Shown here: in pieces, positions 28,279 through 36,974 of the stretch | Layout: every line of letters starts with the position of its first letter | Position numbering within the stretch: position 1 is the stretch's first letter | Assembly (NCBI GenBank): GCA_964554805.1 | Contig: CAZKPX010000002.1 | Span: forward strand, 49,889-113,888 | Reading direction: 5' to 3' | DNA: 64,000 nucleotides | Origin: an uncultured Candidatus Saccharibacteria bacterium | Lineage (GTDB): Bacteria; Patescibacteriota; CAZHWT01 | Notes under the pieces: generated by a model | What the model was told of the DNA's origin: nothing | The model's input: only the letters and a program-made list of their open reading frames with translations | The model's database searches: none | Position numbers and translations under genes: made by a program

Positions 28279-28737
28279 CTAGTTGAGGTGAGTTTGTTTA
28301 TACCGAGTGGTTGAACCAATGTCAGGTTGACTGTCAATAGATAATACCAGCAACTGCTCAATGGGTTGACCAAACTGTCGACTAATCAGGTCAACTAGAA
28401 CGCGGTGTCGGATGTCGAGGAAATCAACAATCTCGATCGGTGTTTGCTTGAAGTGGGAGCCTTCGAGATGATTCTTTAACTTTTGAGTAAACTGAGGTTC
28501 ATCGTTGTATTGTGGGAAGGCGAGCAGAATCATGTGGGGCAAAACCTGCCCATAAATGGCTTCCACTTTGTCTTTGACCTCCAACAATATATATTCCAGC
28601 ATATCTTCGGTAAGGAGTAGGGTTGCATTGATAGGAATAACAATGGACGCCAGGTTGTTCTGTCTTACTCCGCAGTCTGTAATCAAAAGGTCCGGAAAGA
28701 GGTAGTTGCCGGAGCTATCTTTCTGCAAAAACCACAT
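28279..28737 (-). CDS. Hypothetical protein
   Basis: 152 aa, no recognisable motif. Confidence 0.4.
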   Translation of the reverse strand: MWFLQKDSSGNYLFPDLLITDCGVRQNNLASIVIPINATLLLTEDMLEYILLEVKDKVEAIYGQVLPHMILLAFPQYNDEPQFTQKLKNHLEGSHFKQTPIEIVDFLDIRHRVLVDLISRQFGQPIEQLLVLSIDSQPDIGSTTRYKQTHLN

Positions 28738-28822
28738 TGCTCACTCTCCCTTTGTCGTCTCGGCCCTGTAGGGAGTTTATAAGCTTTTGAATACATAAAG
28801 TCAATTTTGTATATAAATCTAT

Positions 28823-28868
28823 AAAAATGGAACCACCCCCGATGGTCCGCGTGTGCGGGTCGGGGGTG
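28823..28868 (-). terminator. GC-rich hairpin terminator downstream of the 28888..29727 gene
   Basis: cacccccga ... tcgggggtg 9-bp arms (28834-28842 / 28860-28868), followed on the minus strand by a T-run (plus-strand aaaaa 28823-28827). Confidence 0.55.
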
Positions 28869-28887
28869 TTTGGAATGTGTTCCTTGC

Positions 28888-29727
28888 TTAGGAAACCCAG
28901 AAGTTGGGTTCCGGTCTCCAATCGAGACCCTTTTGAACCATGTTGCCGATGTAGTTTCGGCGTATATATCCAAGCGCGACGAGAAGGATCAGCCATCCGA
29001 AAACGCCGACAATGCTGCCGGTCGTGTGCCAGATGAACCAGGTGGCCACAGCTAGTGTGGCAACCATTGCCGTGTTGGGATGAAGCCAGAACTGCTGGCG
29101 TTTCATGGCAACCGTGCGCGCTTTGCTTTGTAGTAGCCAGAGCAATATGAGCGCGGCCAATGCCATCGAGATCAAGGTGCTTGCTAGCGTCTCGTCATTT
29201 ACATAGGCCCGAGTAGCGCCAACAAGCGCAGTGAGGATTGTTATGGTAACCGCCAAAGTGACGAGTGCGCGATGTCGGGTCTTTATCTCAGCCGCCCAGC
29301 TAATGAACTGTAGGCTGGCGAAGATAGTAATGATAATACCCGCCAAAATTACTCCAAGCTGGAATGTCATCAGCTGCTCTGATGCCAGAACAGCGAAAAA
29401 GGCGGCAAAGAGCCCAAGGCCGTATAGGCCGCCTGATAGCGATTGCCTGTCAGCGCCTTTCTTGGTGTGAGATTTGAATATATCAGCCGCAGCCCCATCT
29501 GATGGGATGAGGATGTGCTCGACGATGACATACACAAGCACAAGCGTGCTTGAGATGCGGATTCCCAGCCACCAGCCGTCCTTCCAGCCAGCATCGAAGC
29601 CGGCTTTGAGCGTCTGAAACGCGATATAGAGAACCATGAGTCCTCCGATGATCCCAATTGCATTGGTGATCATGGTTGGTATCCCGCTTGTGCGGGGAGG
29701 GTATGTTTCGATGATCTGAGTACGCAT
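28888..29727 (-). CDS. Polytopic membrane protein of unknown function
   Basis: 279 aa with 7 or more hydrophobic helices. Confidence 0.45.
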   Translation of the reverse strand: MRTQIIETYPPRTSGIPTMITNAIGIIGGLMVLYIAFQTLKAGFDAGWKDGWWLGIRISSTLVLVYVIVEHILIPSDGAAADIFKSHTKKGADRQSLSGGLYGLGLFAAFFAVLASEQLMTFQLGVILAGIIITIFASLQFISWAAEIKTRHRALVTLAVTITILTALVGATRAYVNDETLASTLISMALAALILLWLLQSKARTVAMKRQQFWLHPNTAMVATLAVATWFIWHTTGSIVGVFGWLILLVALGYIRRNYIGNMVQKGLDWRPEPNFWVS

Positions 29728-29856
29728 CGCTTGCTACCTTTCATTGTAAAAGAACAACATTCCAGCTGCCATTGTACCAAATTATAGGCGTAAAGTCAAA
29801 TGCTATAGGTCGCTAGTATAAGCGAGGACAGAGAAGAAAGAAGTGAGAAATTGGGG

Positions 29857-30912
29857 TTATTTGTCTCTGTTAGTACATTTATCGACTAGGGCTAGGAAGG
29901 GTTGTTGTTGGTCTGTGCTAAGAGAGAGTTGATTGAGGGAGTTGGTGGCTTGGGTGGCGTAGGACTGGATGAGGGCTTCAGTTTGGGATTTGGCGGTGCT
30001 ACTGTCCCCTATTTGCCTGACCTTTTCGACATCTGAAAGAGTTACGTTGGGATTGCCCCAGACTTGGGCGAAATAAGCTTGATCTTGGGGTTTGGCTAGT
30101 TGTTGGATGAGAGCGAAGAAATGAGTCTTTTTGCCTTCGCGTAGATCGCTAGTTATGGGTTTGCCAGTGGTTTCTGCATTGCCATAGACTCCTAGAAGAT
30201 CGTCAGCTAACTGAAAAGCAACGCCTAAGTTGTGACCGAAGTCGGTTAAATGCTGAATAGATTGCTTATCGGCGGAAGCAAGTATGGCTCCAATAACTAA
30301 TGGACCGATAAATGAGTAGCTGGCCGTTTTGTAATGAGCGATTTTGAAATAATCAGTAGGCTCGAAATCAGGAATGGTGCCTTCCATATCCAATAGCTGG
30401 CCGCCGGCTACCTCAAAGATAGTTTGACCCAGTTGAGTGATGGCGGCCAGTTTTTGATCGGCCGGGAATCTGGTCTGGCTGATTAATTGATAGGCTAAGG
30501 AAATAGTCAGGTCGCCGGCCAACAGAGCGGCACCGTTGGCATAGTGATTGGTGTCCTGACGGGCGTTTTTGTAGATGGTAGCATAGGTGCCGGTAATATT
30601 ATCCTGGCCATAACGGGTGATATCGCGGTCAATAATGTCGTCATGGACTAACAAGGCGAAGTGTAAGACTTCCTGGGCTGCGGCTACCTGCATAATGTCA
30701 TCCAGCTCCTGGTCAGCGAAAGTCTGATATGCCAGATAGGTCAAATAAGGCCGGATACGCTTGCCGCCGACCATCAGTAGCTGCTCCATGGATTGCCATA
30801 GTCTGGCGTAGGCTGGATCGATGTCAGCTGCTTGATGGCGATATGTGTTCATGTGTTGCTGGAGGATGATGTTGATTTGATCTTTAACTTGTGCGGGATT
30901 GAGAAGAGACAT
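29857..30912 (-). CDS. Polyprenyl diphosphate synthase (trans-isoprenyl diphosphate synthase family)
   Basis: First Asp-rich motif LLVHDDIIDRD and second motif FQLADDLLG, with overall IspA/GGPPS-like conservation. Confidence 0.85.
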   Translation of the reverse strand: MSLLNPAQVKDQINIILQQHMNTYRHQAADIDPAYARLWQSMEQLLMVGGKRIRPYLTYLAYQTFADQELDDIMQVAAAQEVLHFALLVHDDIIDRDITRYGQDNITGTYATIYKNARQDTNHYANGAALLAGDLTISLAYQLISQTRFPADQKLAAITQLGQTIFEVAGGQLLDMEGTIPDFEPTDYFKIAHYKTASYSFIGPLVIGAILASADKQSIQHLTDFGHNLGVAFQLADDLLGVYGNAETTGKPITSDLREGKKTHFFALIQQLAKPQDQAYFAQVWGNPNVTLSDVEKVRQIGDSSTAKSQTEALIQSYATQATNSLNQLSLSTDQQQPFLALVDKCTNRDK

Positions 30913-30974
30913 AGTGAGTTAGCCTTTTATTTGAAGCTAAGGATAGTGATTAACCAGCGAGGCCTGTTTTTGAT

Positions 30975-31529
30975 TCAGCGGCGTGGCTTAGTTTGTTTGA
31001 TTTCCTGAGTACGAATAACGGTATCGGTAGCAACAGTTGAGGCGATAGTGACTGGTTTATTTGCTGGTTGAGCTTGCTGTTGGGCTTGTTGTTGAGCCAG
31101 CTCTCTTTGGCGTTGCTGTTCTTGTTGTTCGAGCGCCAGCAGCTCGGTACGCTTGCGCTCTTTGTAAAGACGGGCCTGGGTGTCAACATATGAGATAAAC
31201 TCGCTGACGACCCACATCAAGAAGAAATAGACCAGGATAGCAAATGCAGCGGATACATCGAAGTAACTATCGCCGCCGACTGGCTTGGCTGGGAAGATGC
31301 CGGTGAAAGGACGCATGTAGTCAGCCGACACATCATAAATAAAACGGACAAACGGAGTGGCTGGATTGGCAGCGGCCAGAAGTAGGAAGATGCGCATAGC
31401 CAAAGCGAAAATACCAATAATAGTCCAGAGGCGGACCAGGTAGCCAGCTATTTGGCCCATTCTTAAGTAACCAGGGATTTTGATTGGGGCTAGAGATGCT
31501 GGCAGCTTGACTGGGGTTTGGTCTTCCAT
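30975..31529 (-). CDS. YggT-family membrane protein with a C-terminal Gln-rich coiled-coil tail
   Basis: RLWTIIGIFALAMRIFLLL...FIYDVSADYMRPFTGIFP....GDSYFDVSAAFAILVYFFL matches the YGGT repeat. The tail is EQQEQQRQRELAQQQAQQQAQ. Confidence 0.55.
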   Translation of the reverse strand: MEDQTPVKLPASLAPIKIPGYLRMGQIAGYLVRLWTIIGIFALAMRIFLLLAAANPATPFVRFIYDVSADYMRPFTGIFPAKPVGGDSYFDVSAAFAILVYFFLMWVVSEFISYVDTQARLYKERKRTELLALEQQEQQRQRELAQQQAQQQAQPANKPVTIASTVATDTVIRTQEIKQTKPRR

Positions 31530-31611
31530 ATAACACTCCTAGGTTGAGGGCAGCTTATACTGCTTGGTCAGTATTATACTCTTTCGGAGATATACAGCCT
31601 AGTCAGAGGAT

Positions 31612-32334
31612 TTAGATTTCATTTGAGCCAAAGTTGGTTGCTTTAGGATCGGGCTTTATGATTAGACCTTTATGATTGAAATAGTCTTCAAAATGTTGGT
31701 AGGTCAATTGACTATTGGCTTGGGTTTGGTCAGAGCGGCCGCCAGGATTGTGAAAGGTGATGGTGCGAGTGTCATCGTTGTAGCCTGTTATGACAACAAG
31801 ATGGCCTGTATTGCTGGGATGAGCAGGAGCTAAATCAATATTGGATGAGACCGAAGCGATGACAAAGTCACCTCGGTGTAGCGACTTTTTTATTTTGTGA
31901 AGCGTCAATGGTCTGGCGATGGTAGTTTTCATATTATATTTCTGACGGGCAAAGTCTTGGAAGGCGCGATAATGCAAACCGACATGCTGGTCGAGAGGCA
32001 GTTTGTAGCCACCGAAGGTAGCGCAGTCTTGAGCAAGGTCAATGGTGGGCACTGAAATATGTTGACTGGCGGCCAAGATCATTTTGAAGCTAGCCATGCC
32101 ACAGATGTGGGGTGCCCAAAGGCTGTATTGTTCGGCAGATTCGGCTCCGGAGTTGGCCCATTGCGGGTCATCGATTGCCGATTTCTTATTGCTAATAAAA
32201 TCGTTGATACGTTTCGGAGATTCCCATTGCGCAAAGTAAGGAATGTCTTGTGAAGCCTGTTTGGGTGGGCTTGTAATGTCAAATTTTTCGATGAATCGGG
32301 TGATAGCTATGTTGATTTGGTGGAGGTAGGGCAT
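31612..32334 (-). CDS. Papain-fold cysteine peptidase, C39-like (Peptidase_C39_2/BtrH-like), cytoplasmic
   Basis: W..HICGMASFKMILAA (Cys), a later GHLVVITGYNDD (His), and no signal peptide. Confidence 0.45.
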   Translation of the reverse strand: MPYLHQINIAITRFIEKFDITSPPKQASQDIPYFAQWESPKRINDFISNKKSAIDDPQWANSGAESAEQYSLWAPHICGMASFKMILAASQHISVPTIDLAQDCATFGGYKLPLDQHVGLHYRAFQDFARQKYNMKTTIARPLTLHKIKKSLHRGDFVIASVSSNIDLAPAHPSNTGHLVVITGYNDDTRTITFHNPGGRSDQTQANSQLTYQHFEDYFNHKGLIIKPDPKATNFGSNEI

Positions 32335-32367
32335 GGGGATTGAGGATTTATGATTGTTTTTGCCAAA

Positions 32368-33732
32368 CTATTTGTTCAGGTAGTGCTCAGATAGTTGGCG
32401 GTAGTATTTGCTACGCATGGCGAAGATGGTTATAACGAGTCCAATTATACCGGTAAGGGTGAAGACGAGGGCGAAAGCGCGGGTTTGGCCTGTACCAAAC
32501 CAATCGCCGATCGATTGGGCTCCAAAACCGTCTGTCATAAAAGGAATAAAGTACAATTGGGTTAACGGACCGACCAAAAAGGCGGTTAATGGTGAGGCTG
32601 CCTGCTCGACGCTTTGGGCAAAACCAAAGACTCGGCCTTGACGTTCATACGGTACAACCTTTTGCATGACGGTTTGCTCGGAGGCTTCGATGAATGGCAT
32701 CAAAATCATATAGATCATCATGCCGGCCAGGAACAAGGGTAGCCATGCCTGGATAGTAAAGAAGATACAGACAGTCCAGGTTACTAGGTTGATGATGAAA
32801 ATTGTTCGGACAGGATTTTTGCCCAGCCCCCTTTTGGCAATGATCATGCCGCCAATGATAAAGCCACTGGACAGAACTGCCAACCAAATGCCCCAGGGAA
32901 TTACTCCGACCATGTCTATGCCATAGGCATCCATAAGGGCCATGAAGACGCCGCCTAGGAAGTTGTTGATGGTGGCGAAGATGATCAAGGCCATTAGGCC
33001 AGGTATGTTGAGGATGACTTTGATTGTGCCCTTTATGTCAATCCTGCCTTTTGGCTTGGTGAGCGGCTCATTTACTTGAGCGGCTTCAGCAGTGGTTTGG
33101 CTATCGGCTAGGTGAACAACTTTGGGTTCATGGATCCTTATCACCAACAGATGGATGATGGCGAGTATGGAAATTGAGATAGCTAGAATCAGAGCTCCAT
33201 GCATGGCTGTCAAACCGACCAAAATTCCGCTAATAGCAGAGGTGGCCATAAAAGCGACACCTGTAATAGTACCGACTAAGCCATTGGCTTTATCCCGTTC
33301 GCCGTCAGGGATCAACATAGTGACTAAGGTTGACATAGCGATACCGCGAATATTGCCGGCTACTACTCCGATTAGCGAAAGGCCAATAATCAGCCAAATC
33401 CACGGGCTGCTCTGATCAGCTAGGCTTGACTGTGGTTGGCTGAGATATACAAGATACGTGGCACAATATAATGCCAGTGAAACTATAGTTGAGCCAATCA
33501 TGACTGTCTTCTTGCGATAATGATCGACAAAGCTGCCTAACCAGAAACCGGTTAAGGCAATTAAGACAAGATAAATACCGCCCGCGACTCCCGTCACCAA
33601 TACGGATCTCGTGGTGTCATAGGCCCAAAAAATAAGAGCGAACCAGACCGTGGAGTTAATAATTGACACAGCTCCAGTGTTGATGAGCGCTTGGTAGAAT
33701 GATTTTTTGTTGGATTGTCTTTGGTCCGACAT
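32368..33732 (-). CDS. MFS transporter
   Basis: 454 aa, 12-14 TM helices, MFS-like loop motifs (GPLTQ..., DR...G). Confidence 0.7.
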   Translation of the reverse strand: MSDQRQSNKKSFYQALINTGAVSIINSTVWFALIFWAYDTTRSVLVTGVAGGIYLVLIALTGFWLGSFVDHYRKKTVMIGSTIVSLALYCATYLVYLSQPQSSLADQSSPWIWLIIGLSLIGVVAGNIRGIAMSTLVTMLIPDGERDKANGLVGTITGVAFMATSAISGILVGLTAMHGALILAISISILAIIHLLVIRIHEPKVVHLADSQTTAEAAQVNEPLTKPKGRIDIKGTIKVILNIPGLMALIIFATINNFLGGVFMALMDAYGIDMVGVIPWGIWLAVLSSGFIIGGMIIAKRGLGKNPVRTIFIINLVTWTVCIFFTIQAWLPLFLAGMMIYMILMPFIEASEQTVMQKVVPYERQGRVFGFAQSVEQAASPLTAFLVGPLTQLYFIPFMTDGFGAQSIGDWFGTGQTRAFALVFTLTGIIGLVITIFAMRSKYYRQLSEHYLNK

Positions 33733-33870
33733 GCTGTTTTGCCTGTGCTTATAGCCTTTAAAACGGTTGACTGTTGGAATATAGCATACTTATTTTCAAC
33801 TATCTAGGGGTTAATTTCGGGTATTTGGTATAATGAAGATCTTGTCCGCTGTAATCATGGAGAGTAGGCA

Positions 33871-34278
33871 ATGAAACGACTGCATAGGCCATGGCCGAGC
33901 TTCTTACCATTTCCCAGAAAGGAATGCCGTTCGGAAAGTTATCGACGTCAAAGGTTGGAATATTGGGCCTTGCTGCATTCTTGTGGGAGACAGCGGCATG
34001 CAGACGCTGCCGCCGTGCTGATGATTGACGATATCGCCAAGGTTTATCGCCTTCAAAAACCGGGTTGGAACAGGCGGTATGTCTGTGTGGCCCGTTGCCC
34101 AAACTGCAGAAAACTGGTTCTTATCAAAAAAGCGGCAGATCTGCCGCCGGAGTGGTGGATGGATAAAACCGCCGAAGCAGGGTGGTGGGAGGATTCTGGG
34201 TATTGGAGTATGTTTGCTCCACACAAGCGGTTCAAGCTGCAAAAGACAACCCATTCTGGCTGGTTGTGCAAGCGGTGA
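33871..34278 (+). CDS. Hypothetical Cys/Arg/Trp-rich small protein (possible zinc-ribbon protein)
   Basis: 135 aa; CVARCPNCRK cluster. The surrounding 33.7-34.3 kb region has overlapping ORFs on both strands, so the coding assignment is unsure. Confidence 0.3.
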   Translation: MKRLHRPWPSFLPFPRKECRSESYRRQRLEYWALLHSCGRQRHADAAAVLMIDDIAKVYRLQKPGWNRRYVCVARCPNCRKLVLIKKAADLPPEWWMDKTAEAGWWEDSGYWSMFAPHKRFKLQKTTHSGWLCKR

Positions 34279-34339
34279 TTCGGAGATGACATATGAGCTC
34301 TCGGCTTCGGCTGAGAGCTCATTTCTCTATGTCGAGACG

Positions 34340-34744
34340 CTAGGCTTTTTCGGCGATACCTTTTAAGCGATTGAGGGCTCGCTGGGTGGAGCGGCTGAGT
34401 TGGTTGGCGGCGTCATAGGTAATGCATTCTTCGGTCATGATTAGGTAGGTTGTGTTGTTGTTGGTTGGTTGAAGTTGGTAAGAAGCTCCAAGGAGATTGT
34501 TATAGCCCTTGTAATTAATGGTCAACTCACGATTTGGCTCAATGGTTTCGATCACGCCTCTCCAACTTAATGCGATTTTGTCCTGAATGCCGTAGGCTTT
34601 GAAGGTGATGGTCGAGCCTTTTTGATAATCAGTCTCGATTTTGATCCTATTGAGCCACTGATAGCATATATCCTTATCTGTTAAGCAATGCCAGACATGC
34701 TCGATAGGCGCCTGAATGGTCAGCTCATAGGTATTTGTCTTCAT
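34340..34744 (-). CDS. SRPBCC-superfamily protein (AHSA1/START-like)
   Basis: MKTNTYELTIQAPIEHVWHCLTD......W is the typical AHSA1/SRPBCC N-terminal block; ~135 aa. Confidence 0.55.
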   Translation of the reverse strand: MKTNTYELTIQAPIEHVWHCLTDKDICYQWLNRIKIETDYQKGSTITFKAYGIQDKIALSWRGVIETIEPNRELTINYKGYNNLLGASYQLQPTNNNTTYLIMTEECITYDAANQLSRSTQRALNRLKGIAEKA

Positions 34745-34895
34745 ATTCCCTCCCTCTTCTAAAACCATACAATACTACTATAACAGATAGCTAAGAGATT
34801 ATATATTTAAGACAATGCTTACTGCTTGACTTAATGTGTACTATCGGCTAGTATTTGTCAGTTAATCGTTGTCATGGAAGCAGAAGGAGATTGAT

Positions 34896-35810
34896 ATGAC
34901 AACCAAGACCGAGACTGAAGATATATTCGCTTCGCCGCAAGAGCTGTATGACGAATATGTGGGTGATGAAAGCACCATGAGCGCGGCAAGGTTTTGTGGC
35001 GAAATGTATAGGACTTTTTGTCAGGTCAAAATTGAACGGAAAGAGATTCCTGAAAATGCTACAGAATATATGCTAGGCCATGCCTTTGCTGAGTTTAGCG
35101 GACGCAATCTTTCCTCGTTGCATCAAATTGCACGAGGTGAAACGCCTCTGAATTTGGACATGGCTCGCTTGCTGTTCCTTCATTGGGGATTCTCTGAGGG
35201 TGAAACCGACAAACTAGTCGAAACTACTGAAAAGAAGAACGACGAGTTTGAGCAAGGGTACGAGTTTGGCCATATGCCGCGCACCCTGGTAGGCGGCCTG
35301 CCTCGATACCAAAAGTCAAGAAAACTGGTAGGTGGTCGCCCTCCCAAGCGCAATAGTGTGCCTTCTGAGGCTGAAAGCAGTAAAGAGCCTGTTGTCGATG
35401 AGTCTATTGATGATGTGAAAAGGCCCACCCAAGATAATAATCAACAGCTGAGACAGGTTGTGTCCAAGTCACTTTTGCAGGGCAAACAGCCTTACAGGTG
35501 TCGTGTGATGGTGGTGCAGTCTGCAGTAATTAAGGTTTTCCCGACTCGCGCCGATCTGGATTTATTCAAGGAGCAGATATCTCAGCAAAGCGGGTTGCCT
35601 ATAAACTATGTTGACCGGGCGGTGTGGAACACCAATCCTTCAGAGAAAGCTTTGTTTAGGGTCGCATCCGCCTTGGTTCGCCATGGATGGTTGACTGTCG
35701 AGCAGAGCTTGAATCTGCAAGAAGACTTGCAAGAGATTGAGGACCAGACGGCTAAGCCGCGATGGATATCGCCGATGCTGGAGATTGAGGAGACAGACCC
35801 TCACGAATAG
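34896..35810 (+). CDS. XRE-like HTH protein with C-terminal repeated 'GWLT...LQ.IED..KPR' modules; paralog of 57650..59017
   Basis: N-terminal segment FCGEMYRTFC...SGRNLSSLHQIARGETPLNLDMARLLF resembles HTH_XRE (IS..IERG...P.......LA). The C-terminal module ALVRHGWLTVEQSLNLQEDLQEIEDQTAKPRWISP recurs in the paralog. Start placed at the ATG after GAAGGAG (the track starts at a TTG, 34869). Confidence 0.5.
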   Translation: MTTKTETEDIFASPQELYDEYVGDESTMSAARFCGEMYRTFCQVKIERKEIPENATEYMLGHAFAEFSGRNLSSLHQIARGETPLNLDMARLLFLHWGFSEGETDKLVETTEKKNDEFEQGYEFGHMPRTLVGGLPRYQKSRKLVGGRPPKRNSVPSEAESSKEPVVDESIDDVKRPTQDNNQQLRQVVSKSLLQGKQPYRCRVMVVQSAVIKVFPTRADLDLFKEQISQQSGLPINYVDRAVWNTNPSEKALFRVASALVRHGWLTVEQSLNLQEDLQEIEDQTAKPRWISPMLEIEETDPHE

Positions 35811-35819
35811 TGTATTAGT

Positions 35820-35860
35820 GCGCCTCTTGTTTGGAGTAAACAGGAGGCGCTTTTCTTTTT
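35820..35860 (+). terminator. Rho-independent terminator
   Basis: gcgcctcttgt / acaggaggcgc stem (35820-35830 / 35840-35850), then TTTTCTTTTT. Confidence 0.65.
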
Positions 35861-36015
35861 ATGGGAAGATCGTAATAAATTTGCAGAACTGATTCAGCCT
35901 CTAGCCGAATCTGAGTCTTATCTGGTATAATCCTGTACGCAATCGGTTGAGTCATGGGCTGTCTGTCAATATTGATCGATGGTACATTTGACTAAGGATA
36001 AGGGTGTTGAGTTTT

Positions 36016-36102
36016 GCCAGGGTGGTGGAATGGTATACACGACGGACTTAAAATCCGTTGCCCTCATACGGCTTAAGGGTTCGAGTCCCTTCCCTGGTAC
36101 CA
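36016..36102 (+). tRNA. tRNA-Leu (anticodon UAA), type II with a long variable arm
   Basis: Acceptor GCCAGGG/CCCTGGT. Anticodon stem acgga/tccgt with loop cTTAAaa. 16-nt variable arm. T-arm aaggg-ttcgagt-ccctt. Encoded CCA at 36100-36102. Confidence 0.8.
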
Positions 36103-36248
36103 CTCAGCACCATTATTTGATTGTGTTTGGTAGAATATAGGTAATACTTTTGGCTTCAACTTTAGAGTTTGTCTTAAAGATCAAATAAATTTGGCTGCAA
36201 CTCGTCCAGCCAAAAAATTTACAAATGAATATTTATTAATTTAATTTT

Positions 36249-36322
36249 TTGGCTGATAGTGAAATGGCATCACGACAGGTTTTGGTCCTGTTATTCTAGG
36301 TTCGAATCCTGGTCGGCCAGCC
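36249..36322 (+). tRNA. tRNA-Gln (anticodon UUG)
   Basis: Acceptor TGGCTGA/TCGGCCA with the U1-A72 pair typical of bacterial tRNA-Gln. D-stem gtga/tcac. Anticodon stem acagg/cctgt with loop ttTTGgt. T-arm ctagg-ttcgaat-cctgg. Discriminator G, encoded CCA. Confidence 0.8.
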
Positions 36323-36381
36323 AAAAGAAAGCGCCTCAGCGAAAGCTGGGGCTTTTTCTTTGGTTGTTCGACATTGGATTT
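36317..36381 (+). repeat. Direct repeat copy 1 (tRNA-Gln 3' end plus terminator plus 30 nt); about 90% identical to 40116..40181
   Basis: cagccaaaagaaagcgcctcagcgaaagctggggctttttctttggttgttcgacattggattt aligns with 40116-40181 (3 mismatches and 1 indel). Confidence 0.6.
36332..36360 (+). terminator. Terminator hairpin after tRNA-Gln
   Basis: gcctcagc-GAAA-gctggggc, then TTTTTCTTT. Confidence 0.6.
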
Positions 36382-36426
36382 CGAACCTCTGCGAGGCAGT
36401 AAGGGGCGTCGTGCGAGTGATTTATC

Positions 36427-36451
36427 GCGACATCCTGGTCGGCCAGCCAAA
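36427..36451 (+). repeat. Partial duplicate of the tRNA-Gln 3' end (20/20 nt identical to 36305-36324)
   Basis: atcctggtcggccagccaaa is repeated about 125 bp downstream of the tRNA, an att-like signature. Confidence 0.55.
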
Positions 36452-36566
36452 TTGGATGTTGTTAGAAATAGACCGGGTATCCTCGGCCTATTTTTGGATT
36501 TATTAATTTGTTGTAGGCAACAGCCTATCAGGTCTCCGCTTATTGGGCAGAATATTCGCTGTCTAC

Positions 36567-36953
36567 TTATAGCAAGATGCTGGCAATCGCCACAGCCAAG
36601 CCGATAGCAGCAGAGCTACCAAAGATTTGCAGGGCTTTGCGACGGTCTTGGGCTCGAAACTCGGCCCGCATAACCGTATCAGTTTTGCCAACTTCGGAAT
36701 TAAGGTTGAATACACCCTTGAGGCCAAAGCCAGCGCAGAAGCGTAAGTGGGCCTGCAGGAAACCGCTCGCAGCCAGGGTTGCTGGGAAAAATACTAACAA
36801 TCGAGCCGCCACTGGTGCGTCCAGCCAAACCAGTAGGCTGAGCAGCAGGGCTGCCGCCGCTAAGCCCAGCCACCCGGCCTGGCGACGCTTGGCAATCTCG
36901 GCTGGACCGATATTGCAGACACCGGGGATATAGTGATGTGTTGTGGTCTCCAT
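36567..36953 (-). CDS. Hypothetical membrane protein, last gene of the MacB-like operon (higher-GC segment)
   Basis: 128 aa, 3 TM helices. Its GC is higher than the surrounding genome, and it follows the permease gene on the same strand with a 21-nt gap. Confidence 0.4.
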   Translation of the reverse strand: METTTHHYIPGVCNIGPAEIAKRRQAGWLGLAAAALLLSLLVWLDAPVAARLLVFFPATLAASGFLQAHLRFCAGFGLKGVFNLNSEVGKTDTVMRAEFRAQDRRKALQIFGSSAAIGLAVAIASILL

Positions 36954-36974
36954 AGAGCCTCCTCTAACTCTGGC

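Noticed and set aside
36241-36450. ORF-track CDSs 36241..36450 (-) and 39853..40194 (-) sharing the peptide PQLSLRRFLLA
   Set aside because: They are translations of the duplicated tRNA-Gln 3' flank/terminator repeat, not genes.
36361-36450. Possible minus-strand tRNA or tRNA fragment suggested by a GGTTCGAAATCC-like string
   Set aside because: No acceptor, D or anticodon stems could be paired. Part of it is simply the duplicated 3' end of tRNA-Gln on the plus strand.
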